From Promethearchaeota archaeon (lineage in GTDB: Archaea > Asgardarchaeota > Lokiarchaeia > Sigyniarchaeales > SOKP01), in contig JAUVXW010000004.1 of assembly GCA_030603385.1 (NCBI GenBank), forward strand, positions 1 through 64,000: a stretch of 64,000 nucleotides of DNA. The letters run 5' to 3'. Below, piece by piece: positions 40,385-48,789 of this stretch. The notes below the pieces were generated by a model. It worked only from the letters and a program-made list of their open reading frames with translations. It was not told the origin of the DNA and searched no databases. Position 1 is the stretch's first letter; each line of letters opens with the position of its first letter. The position numbers were made by a program, and so were the translations under genes.

Positions 40385-41233
40385 CTATTTCCATCTATCG
40401 AGAGTAGGATTCCACATTCCTATATATAATTTTTCATCAAAACTATTAAGAAGAGACATATCTTCTTCAGATAGGGTAAAATCGAAGATTTGAGAATTTT
40501 CTATTATATGTTCTTCTTTTGATGATTTAGGGATTACAATGATATTATGTTGTAAATCCCATCGGATTAATATTTGAGCAGTAGTTTTATTATATTTTTG
40601 AGCTACTTCCATGAGCTTTTTGTCGTCTAATTTTCTTCCTTTAGTTAAAGGGCTATAAGCTTCAAGTCTGATGTCATGGTTCTCACAAAAATCCTTTAAA
40701 TCTTTTAAATATAGATAAGGGGTAAGTTCAACTTGATTAACTGTTGGTATAACATCTGCTTCGTTTAGTAATTCTTCAAGATGATGTTGATAGTAGTTAC
40801 TTACGCCTATAGAACGAGCTTTTCCATCTTTATAAATTTTCTCTAGAGCTTTCCACGCATCTTGTCGATGGGTTGGTTCTGGCCAATGTAATAAATAAAG
40901 ATCGACGTAGTCTAAATTTAAACTTTTTAGGCTTCTCTCAAATGCTTTCAGTGCTTTATCATATTGAAATGATGATATCCAAAGCTTAGTTGTAACAAAA
41001 ATTTCCTCTCGTTTTAAATCGCATTCCTGCATTGCATTCTTTATACCTTGACCAACGCCCTTTTCATTACCATATATCGTTGCGGTATCGAAATGCCGAT
41101 ACCCCGCACTAATAGCCCAACGAATGGCATTTACTACGGTATTTCCATCCGAAATTTCCCATGTGCCTAGCCCTAAAAGTGGTATTTCAACACCATTATT
41201 TAATTTAATTTTGGAGTTTATGTTTAAATCCAT
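40385..41233 (-). CDS. Aldo/keto reductase
   Basis: GLGTW, GYRHFDTA..YGNE, TTKLW, DLYLLHWP, IGVSN, IPKS. Confidence 0.95.
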   Translation of the reverse strand: MDLNINSKIKLNNGVEIPLLGLGTWEISDGNTVVNAIRWAISAGYRHFDTATIYGNEKGVGQGIKNAMQECDLKREEIFVTTKLWISSFQYDKALKAFERSLKSLNLDYVDLYLLHWPEPTHRQDAWKALEKIYKDGKARSIGVSNYYQHHLEELLNEADVIPTVNQVELTPYLYLKDLKDFCENHDIRLEAYSPLTKGRKLDDKKLMEVAQKYNKTTAQILIRWDLQHNIIVIPKSSKEEHIIENSQIFDFTLSEEDMSLLNSFDEKLYIGMWNPTLDRWK

Positions 41234-41275
41234 AATTTCTCACCTCACTGTTTTTTCAACCAATTTTTCATGTCT

Positions 41276-43066
41276 TTAATCAACTCTTTTTGTTGAAGCT
41301 GCCATTTTATTAGGATCTGACATCACTTCAACAATCGAGGGCTTTCCAGAACTTAAAGCTTGTTCTAAAGCATCATCCATTTTGTCTGGTGTTTCAACTC
41401 TAATTCCAAAGCCTCCACAAGATCGAGCAAACTCAGCAAAATTAGGATTAGGAAACTCGACTCCATAGATTGGATAACCATCACGTATTAATTCTTTTTT
41501 AATATTTTTTAAAACACAGTCATGGAATAAAACAACTACAATGTTCAAATTTTCTCGCACTACTGTTGTAAAATCAGCCATTAGCATAGCGAATCCTCCA
41601 TCGCTCGCAAGGCAAATAACTTGTCTTTCGGGATAATTTATTTTCGCTGCAATTGATGCAGGCAAAGCAAAACCCATACTTGCCATATTTGCATTTAGAT
41701 AAGTTCTATGTCCTTCGCAAATGAATTTCTTATAGAAATGATATGTATGATCACCCACATCCACACAGATTATGGCATCGTTTTCTAAAATTCTCCTCAT
41801 AGATTGAATAACATACCCTGGATTTATTGGAACCGATAAATCTTTTGCTTCTAATTCAAGTTCAGCCATATGTTTTTGTTTCATTTTAAAAACGTGTGAT
41901 AAAAAATTATTGTTTTCCTGTTTTACTTCTACTAAAGGTATTAATTTCTTAAGAGTGAGTTTACCATCACCTATTAATCCAACATCAACATCAAAGGTTT
42001 TACCTATTCGAGTTGGGTCATGATCTATTTGTAATATTTTTACGTTTGAAGGCACGAGATTTGCTTGTCTAAAGCCTGAGCCAATAATAATTATTAAATC
42101 ACATTCTCGAATAGCCATAGCTGAATATTTTGTCCCTATTGAGCCTAATACGCCCACAGCATATCTATGTGTTTCATGAACAACACCTTTAACTCGTGAG
42201 GTAGTGGCAATTGGGGCTTTCAATTTCTCTGAGAGTTCAATAAGTAGTTCTCCAGCATATCTCGATCCCCATCCCCCGAATAATACTGGTCTGGTGCATT
42301 TATTGATTAGATCTGCCGCTTTTTGTATTTCCTCATCAGTTGATATAACATTACTTTTAAACAATCGTTTTTCTGGTTGGATTATTTTATCATCTAATTT
42401 ATCAACAAGAACATCTGTCGGGCAACTTAAAACAGCTACTCCTGGTTTCTTGAGTGCATATTTTGCTGCCATCATTGTAAGCTTAATTGCCTGATTCGAT
42501 CTTGCAATAGTTTCAGCGTATTCTGCAAAGGGTCGAAATAATGTAATTTGGTCTATCTCTTGAAAAGCTTCACTACCTAAGTAAACTTCAGCAATTTGAC
42601 CTACAAGTGCTAAAACGGGGCTTCTATCAGTTGCAGAGTCCATTAATCCAGTAATTAAATTAGTGGCTCCAGGTCCAGCAATAGACATACAAACACCCAA
42701 CTTACCGGTAATCTTCCCGTGAGCAGAAGCAATGAAAGCAGCTGTTTCTTCATGTCTAGTTAAAATAAAATCAATTTTTTCGTTTTCACGAATTGCATTA
42801 ACTAAAGGAAGATTAGAATCTCCAGGAATTCCAAAAACATGCGTAACTCCAAAAGCAACTAATTGTTCAATAATTTTTTCTGCTACATTTGTAGTTATAT
42901 TTTCATCCCCTTTACTCACCCCCTCTGGAACAAAAGCACTTTTAGGTGCACCGCAAACAGGACATGTCCAAGAGTCAGATAAAACGGCAAATTTTTTACC
43001 CTCGTTTTTCTCATCATAAATAAAATTACAGACAGAACATCTAAATCTAGCCAAAATTTTCACCAA
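41276..43066 (-). CDS. Rubredoxin-fused TPP-dependent enzyme (pyruvate oxidase/acetolactate synthase family)
   Basis: N-terminal CSVC.FIYD...WTCPVCGAPK..F rubredoxin, then FGIPGD, RHEE.AAF, GPGATN, MGFALP, and SDGG in place of GDG. Confidence 0.88.
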   Translation of the reverse strand: MVKILARFRCSVCNFIYDEKNEGKKFAVLSDSWTCPVCGAPKSAFVPEGVSKGDENITTNVAEKIIEQLVAFGVTHVFGIPGDSNLPLVNAIRENEKIDFILTRHEETAAFIASAHGKITGKLGVCMSIAGPGATNLITGLMDSATDRSPVLALVGQIAEVYLGSEAFQEIDQITLFRPFAEYAETIARSNQAIKLTMMAAKYALKKPGVAVLSCPTDVLVDKLDDKIIQPEKRLFKSNVISTDEEIQKAADLINKCTRPVLFGGWGSRYAGELLIELSEKLKAPIATTSRVKGVVHETHRYAVGVLGSIGTKYSAMAIRECDLIIIIGSGFRQANLVPSNVKILQIDHDPTRIGKTFDVDVGLIGDGKLTLKKLIPLVEVKQENNNFLSHVFKMKQKHMAELELEAKDLSVPINPGYVIQSMRRILENDAIICVDVGDHTYHFYKKFICEGHRTYLNANMASMGFALPASIAAKINYPERQVICLASDGGFAMLMADFTTVVRENLNIVVVLFHDCVLKNIKKELIRDGYPIYGVEFPNPNFAEFARSCGGFGIRVETPDKMDDALEQALSSGKPSIVEVMSDPNKMAASTKRVD

Positions 43067-43200
43067 CTTATAAAGAATACAATATTGATTTAAAGTTATT
43101 TACGGAAATAATGAGAAATAAACTTTAGGCATATAAACTATAAGTTTTTATTAACACCAAAACTAATTCTTTTTAATTCTAATATTAAAATTGATACAAA

Positions 43201-44112
43201 ATGTCTGAAGAAATTATTAGGAAAAAATTTCCTCAATTTAAGAGCGAATTTGCTGAAGTTAACAACATTAAACTTCACTATGTTAAAGCAGGTCCGGAGG
43301 AAGGAAAACTAATTGTTTTTTTGCATGGATTTCCCCAGTTTTGGTATATGTGGAGAGATCAGCTTTTAGATTTTTCAAAAGATTACTTAGCAGTTGCTCC
43401 TGACATGAGGGGATATAATCTCTCATCTAAACCCGAGGAAATTGAACAATATCAACCTCAACATATGGTAGAAGATCTCAGGGCATTAGTCGAGGACCAT
43501 TTTAATCGTAAAGAATTTATATTAGTTGGACATGATTGGGGTGGTGTTGTTGCTTATCCATTTGCGAGTGCGTATCCAAATTTGGTTGAAAAACTAATTA
43601 TTATCAATGCTCCTCATCCAAATGTATTTGCGAAATTATTAGCAAAAAATAAATCTCAACAATCTTCAAGTTCATATGTATTATTTTTTAGATCACAAAA
43701 GGCTGAGGAAGTATTGTCTGCAAATAATTATGCTGCTTTGTTGGGCGTAATTGCTACTCCTGAAATGGAGTTTAGTGATGATGATCGCCAAATGTATATA
43801 GAAGCATGGTCTCAACAAGGTGCTTTAACTGGAGGACTGAATTATTATCGAGCTGGTGGATTACGTCCTCCATCACAAGGAGAAAAAATCTCAGAAGTAG
43901 CGGGTGAGCAGATGGAGATAAATCAAATAATGATAAATGTTCCGACATTAGTAATTTGGGCAGAGAAAGACACCGCTCTAACAGTTCATAATCTTGAAGG
44001 TTTGGATGAATTTGTACCTGAATTAGCTATTAATCGCATTCCAGAAGGATCTCATTGGGTTATTAATGAACAGCCTGAGAGGATAAATAAATTAATTAGG
44101 GATTTTATATAG
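43201..44112 (+). CDS. Alpha/beta hydrolase, epoxide hydrolase-like
   Basis: HGFPQFWY.W, PDMRGYN.S, GHDWGG, NYYRA, HWV..E.P. Confidence 0.92.
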   Translation: MSEEIIRKKFPQFKSEFAEVNNIKLHYVKAGPEEGKLIVFLHGFPQFWYMWRDQLLDFSKDYLAVAPDMRGYNLSSKPEEIEQYQPQHMVEDLRALVEDHFNRKEFILVGHDWGGVVAYPFASAYPNLVEKLIIINAPHPNVFAKLLAKNKSQQSSSSYVLFFRSQKAEEVLSANNYAALLGVIATPEMEFSDDDRQMYIEAWSQQGALTGGLNYYRAGGLRPPSQGEKISEVAGEQMEINQIMINVPTLVIWAEKDTALTVHNLEGLDEFVPELAINRIPEGSHWVINEQPERINKLIRDFI

Positions 44113-44182
44113 AAATGTTGTAAGCCTAGACAAATAAGTCAAACTTATATATTTTTTTAACATATTTAATCTTTAGATAAAA

Positions 44183-44731
44183 ATGTCAATTCAAGAACTA
44201 GATGATTTTATAGTTTATGAATTAGAAGATACTGGAATGAGAAAACTGGTAGAGAATATTACCCCTCAGAGTTTACAATCCATTTTACATGCAAAACAAG
44301 TTCTTATTATCGTTAGAAGAGATTTAAAAAAGATTTTTATTTGGAAAGGCTCAGCATCTCCAGTAAAGAAAAGATTCATAAGCTCACGAGTAGCTACTGC
44401 CCTTCGGGATGAATTAGAAGAGAATTGCAGAATTATTTCTGTAGATCAAGGCGATGAAGCTCAAGAATTCCTAAATGCATTTGGATTGGAATCAATGCCA
44501 GCAACTGAAGTTTTAGAAGATATGCGTTATGAAAGAAATATTGAAGAAAAGGGGAATCAATTTCAAGAATCTAAAGTTTTAATGCCAACGATGAAGTCTA
44601 AACCTAAAATTAAATTAAAAGAAAGTCCTAAATTAGATCTTACTAAAGTGGATAGAAAGAAGATTATTCAATTATTGATAAACATAAATCAAGATGTAAG
44701 TAGAATAATTGACATTTTAAAAAATTCTTAA
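44183..44731 (+). CDS. Single gelsolin-domain protein with C-terminal extension (Asgard eukaryotic-signature type)
   Basis: VLIIV......IFIWKG..S.V.KRF.S...A.....E.....I..VDQGDE..EFL..F gelsolin-repeat pattern. Confidence 0.8.
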   Translation: MSIQELDDFIVYELEDTGMRKLVENITPQSLQSILHAKQVLIIVRRDLKKIFIWKGSASPVKKRFISSRVATALRDELEENCRIISVDQGDEAQEFLNAFGLESMPATEVLEDMRYERNIEEKGNQFQESKVLMPTMKSKPKIKLKESPKLDLTKVDRKKIIQLLININQDVSRIIDILKNS

Positions 44732-44862
44732 ATGATTTCTTCTAAATTCTAAAGCTTAGTTATTGGATTTTAATCACAATTTATTAGATATTAATATAAA
44801 CTTTTTTTATAATTGCTATTCTAATAACCTTATAAGAATTCAATTGAAAGATGAAATGAATT

Positions 44863-46242
44863 TTGAATTATCGTATTGAAAAAGATGTTTTAGGGGAATT
44901 AGAAGTTCCTACTGATGCTTATTGGGGTATAAACACTCAAAGAGCGATTAAAAACTTTCAAATAAGTGGCAAAAAATTTCCTGAGATTTTTATTAGATCT
45001 TTAGCTCAATTGAAGAAAGCTTGCTTATTGGCAAATATGGAATTAGGTTTGATTGACAAAAACAATGGTAATGCAATTGATGATGCTTTAAATGAAGTTT
45101 TGGAAGAAAATAAGCATATAGACCAATTTCCTATTGATATATTTCAAACGGGGTCTGGAACTCAAACTAATATGAATATGAATGAAGTTCTGGCCAATAG
45201 AGCTAATCAGATTCTTGGATTTCCCATGGGAAATAAACAGCCAGTACACCCAAATGATCATGTGAATAAAAGCCAATCATCTAATGATGTAATACCAAGT
45301 ACTATGCATATTTCCACTTTACATATGATTCAAAAACTCCTCCCAACGCTAGAAAGACTTAAAGAATCCTTGGAAACTAAAATTAAAGAGTTTAAGGATA
45401 TTGTAAAAGTAGGGAGGACACATCTACAAGATGCCGTTCCTATACCGTTATCTTTAGAATTCGAAGTGTATAAAAAACAAATCGGGACTAACATAGAAAG
45501 ATTACGAAGCGCTTGTAATGAATTATATTATATTCCAATTGGAGGAACAGCATTAGGAACAGGATTAAATGCCCACGAAGATTTTGCGAAACTTACCATA
45601 GCTCACCTTTCTAAAATTACTAATTTACCTTTTAAGAGTAATCCTGTAAAAGCAGAAGGAATTGCTTCACATAATACTATTGTTAAAGTTAGTGGTGATT
45701 TACGATTATTGTCTTTATCTCTTTTAAAAATGGCAAACGATATTCGTTGGATGGGTAGTGGACCTCGAGCTGGACTATCAGAATTAGAATTACCAAAAAA
45801 TGAGCCAGGATCTTCTATTATGCCCGGAAAAGTAAACCCGACTCAATCTGAGGCTTTAATCCAAGTTTGTCTTCAAGTTTTAGGGAATGATTCTGTAATC
45901 TCTTTTGGGGAAGCATATGGTAGCATTTTAGATTTAAATGTATGTAAGCCTGTTATGATTATAAATTTACTTGAATCCATTGATATCCTTATTGGAGGAA
46001 TCAATTCGTTTAGTGATCATTGTTTAATAAATTTGGAAGCAAATGAAGAACAAATAAATAATCAACTAGATGACATGCTCATGATTGTTACAAATCTATC
46101 ACCTATAATTGGGTATGATAAATGTTCAGAGATCGCGCAGAGGGCATATAAAGAAGGAAAAACGTGTAAAAAAGTAATTAAAGAGATGGGTCTAAAAATA
46201 GATAATTTAGATGAATTACTAGATCCTAAAAAAATGGTATAA
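44863..46242 (+). CDS. fumC: Fumarate hydratase class II (TTG start)
   Basis: QTGSGTQTNMN.NEV, HPNDHVN.SQSSND, GRTHLQDA, GSSIMPGKVNP. Confidence 0.95.
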   Translation: MNYRIEKDVLGELEVPTDAYWGINTQRAIKNFQISGKKFPEIFIRSLAQLKKACLLANMELGLIDKNNGNAIDDALNEVLEENKHIDQFPIDIFQTGSGTQTNMNMNEVLANRANQILGFPMGNKQPVHPNDHVNKSQSSNDVIPSTMHISTLHMIQKLLPTLERLKESLETKIKEFKDIVKVGRTHLQDAVPIPLSLEFEVYKKQIGTNIERLRSACNELYYIPIGGTALGTGLNAHEDFAKLTIAHLSKITNLPFKSNPVKAEGIASHNTIVKVSGDLRLLSLSLLKMANDIRWMGSGPRAGLSELELPKNEPGSSIMPGKVNPTQSEALIQVCLQVLGNDSVISFGEAYGSILDLNVCKPVMIINLLESIDILIGGINSFSDHCLINLEANEEQINNQLDDMLMIVTNLSPIIGYDKCSEIAQRAYKEGKTCKKVIKEMGLKIDNLDELLDPKKMV

Positions 46243-46254
46243 TTTTTGAGGTGA

Positions 46255-47316
46255 ATGTATACGACTGAAATTAAAACAGTAGAAGATGTTCGCAATATTG
46301 CTAGAGAGAAGTTAAAAGGTATATGTGGTGTCTATAAAGATTGTGATGGTGATACACGTAGACTTTGTCAAGGGCAAAGTTATGGAAGAGCTCTAGGGAT
46401 TGGGGGTATTGGGAGTGGTGCTAGTTTTAATAATAACTTCTTAGCACTCAGAAAATACAACTTAAAAATGAAATTAGTGGAAGAAGATTTTACTCCCGAT
46501 ACTTCATACAATTTTTTCGGTAAAGATCTCTCTATGCCTGTCATGGCTGCAAGTGTTGCGGGTGTTAACAGTTTTGGGGGTGATTCGGTGATCACTGAAC
46601 AAGAGTTTTGCCGTTCTGTGGTTCTAGGCTGTAAGGCAGCAGGATCTCTGGGTTGGAGGGGAGATACATATACTTATTCTCTTGAAAAATCCTATGGCAT
46701 TAATGCAATCGCGGAAGCTAACGGATTTGGCGTTAAAATTGTAAAACCACGAGAACAGGAAACAATAATCAAATTTTTTAAAAAAGCTGAAGATATTAGA
46801 TGTATTGCTGTAGGTATTGATACAGATGGTTGCGGTTCATATGCGATGAATACCCATAACAAACCAGTCTTTAAAAAATCAGTTGAAGACATTAAGGAAT
46901 TAGTTTCTGCTACAAACTTACCAGTCATTATTAAAGGTGTAATGTGTGTTGAAGATGCATTAAAGGCAAAAGAATCTGGAGCAGCAGCTATAGTAGTATC
47001 CAATCACGGGGGAAGAGTGTTAGATCATACTTCCGGAACAGCAGATGTTTTACAACCTATAGTTAAAGAACTGAAGGGTAAAATAAAGATTTTAGTTGAT
47101 GGTGGTATTCGTAATGGTTATGATGTACTAAAGATGCTCGCACTTGGAGCTGAATCTGTTCTAATTGGACGTGATATTATTCGAGCTTCTGTTGGAGCAG
47201 GTATTAAAGGAGTACAGATTCATATGGAATACATGCAAAAGACCATTCAGAAAGCAATGAAGATGACGAATTGTAAGACATTGAGAGATGTCTCTTCAGG
47301 CATTTTAAATTATTAA
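46255..47316 (+). CDS. FMN-dependent alpha-hydroxy-acid oxidase/dehydrogenase with N-terminal Cys motif
   Basis: C.V...CDG...C.G, PVIIKG, VVSNHGGRVLD, DGGIRNG.DVLK.LALGA, GR. Confidence 0.9.
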   Translation: MYTTEIKTVEDVRNIAREKLKGICGVYKDCDGDTRRLCQGQSYGRALGIGGIGSGASFNNNFLALRKYNLKMKLVEEDFTPDTSYNFFGKDLSMPVMAASVAGVNSFGGDSVITEQEFCRSVVLGCKAAGSLGWRGDTYTYSLEKSYGINAIAEANGFGVKIVKPREQETIIKFFKKAEDIRCIAVGIDTDGCGSYAMNTHNKPVFKKSVEDIKELVSATNLPVIIKGVMCVEDALKAKESGAAAIVVSNHGGRVLDHTSGTADVLQPIVKELKGKIKILVDGGIRNGYDVLKMLALGAESVLIGRDIIRASVGAGIKGVQIHMEYMQKTIQKAMKMTNCKTLRDVSSGILNY

Positions 47317-47372
47317 AATATGCTTAATTATATCCATTTGATAGTGGTTTCACTAATTAAAACTTTAATAGA

Positions 47373-48032
47373 GTGAAAATGGAAAAAGGAGAAGTTATAG
47401 GGAAAGGAAGGACAGCAGAAGTAATATATTGGGGTAATAACAGAGTTTTAAAACTATTCTACAAAGATTTTCCAAGTAGTATAATAGATTATCAATATAA
47501 AGTAGATACCTTGATTGGGAAAATTTTTCCAAATTGTCCTAAAGCTTTAGAGAAAATTGAAGAAAACGGTAGAATTGGTATCCTTTACGAATATATCGAA
47601 GGAATAGTCTTAAGGGAATTCATGGGGAAAAAAATCAAAAGTGTAGGTAAAGCTCTTAGAATGTTAGCAGAAATCCACGTTGAGATGCATAAGTACGAAA
47701 TAAAGGATATCAACTCTCAAAAAAATTCTTTTAAACTATCAATTCAACAGACGGATGTTGCCAGAACTTTTTATGTATTAAAATACGGTTTGGCACCTTC
47801 TGATGAATATACTCTTAAGAAAAGTTTTTTACATAGATTTTTTTTCAAAGCAATTAAATCTCTTGTGGCAAAAACATATATCAAGCATTATCTAAAACTA
47901 ACTGGTAAATCCATGGAAGAGATTAAGAAATGGAATCTTGCTATATTTGCCACGCGCCTTCGTGATCCAGTGCCTTTAGAATATGATAATTTATTGAAAA
48001 TGATCAATAATTCACTTAAACATTATAAATAA
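47373..48032 (+). pseudogene. Aminoglycoside-phosphotransferase-like kinase with an in-frame deletion of the catalytic core (pseudogene or pseudokinase)
   Basis: The N-lobe (GKGRTAEV..., VLKLF, YEYIEG, LA..H..MH) joins directly to DVART. The HGD.H..N and D(W/F) motifs are missing. Confidence 0.7.
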
Positions 48033-48046
48033 ATTTTTAAAATTGT

Positions 48047-48055
48047 AAAAAAAAA
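48047..48055 (-). terminator. Oligo-T terminator candidate downstream of the SECIS
   Basis: T9 run on the minus strand right after the stem-loop. Archaeal intrinsic terminators are oligo-T. Confidence 0.45.
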
Positions 48056-48066
48056 GACGAGTAATT

Positions 48067-48135
48067 TCCCAGAACCCTTGCAAGGTTGTCATCATGTGCC
48101 AATCATTTATGCACATAAATCATTCTTATCTGGGA
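48067..48135 (-). promoter_or_regulatory. Eukaryote-like SECIS element in the 3' UTR
   Basis: Minus strand: UCCCAGA-UAAGA-AUGAU-UUAUGUGC-AUAAAUGAUUG-GCACAUGA-UGAC-AACCUUGCAAGGGU-UCUGGGA. This gives helix I, an AUGAN/NGAN kink-turn core, helix II and apical AAA. It starts 6 nt after the stop codon. Confidence 0.85.
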
Positions 48136-48141
48136 TATTGA

Positions 48142-48657
48142 TTATAAATGTTTTTCGATTGCTTCAACAATTAATTCTATTGATGGTCTATCTGTTTTTG
48201 CCCCAATATATTGCCACACTATGTTTCCTTCTTTATTAATAAGAAATTTTGATGGTATAGCATGACTTATTTGTAATCCATCGTGTACCGCAGACTTTCT
48301 ATCTAAGAAAACATTATAGGCCTTACTAATTCTACCAGCTCGATCAGTAATAAACTGTATTTTATAGTTATTTTTGTACTTCATTTTTATTAGTTTATCA
48401 GGAAGATCTATTGCGATAGATATTAGTTTGACATTATTTTTTTTTAATATTGACAAGTTTTCATTTAGGTAATTGAGATGTTTTTTACAATGAATTCACC
48501 AACTTCCACGAAATAAATCAAGTAAAATACCTTTATACTTTTTTAGCAATTCAGTTAAATTTATGGTATCACCATCTATATCTTCTGTGTCAATCATAGG
48601 TGCTTTAGTTCCTAATGGTAAACCTTTATTTGGTGTTGAAATATGCAATTCTGTCAT
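48142..48657 (-). CDS. Selenocysteine-containing peroxiredoxin-like (AhpC/TSA, redoxin) protein, UxxC active site
   Basis: The two listed ORFs are in one frame separated by TGA at 48496-48498: FRGSW-U-IHC, the position of the first Cys of the thioredoxin-fold CxxC. Downstream motifs IAID, D....I..AY.V, PSKFLIN..G.I.W.Y, RP are intact. Confidence 0.9.
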
Positions 48658-48789
48658 AATTGAAATAATTATTTTTTCAATACTTAAAGGGTTTTTCAAT
48701 AAATTATAAACGTTTGAGATTAATGTTTTAAAAGCCTAATAATTAAATACCTACTTAATTTACTTAAAGGTAAATTTAAGATTTCAAAA

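Noticed and set aside
48496-48498. TGA as a pseudogene lesion or genome-wide UGA recoding
   Set aside because: It sits at the catalytic Cys position with a SECIS downstream, and TGA acts as a normal stop elsewhere (e.g. 4667-4669).
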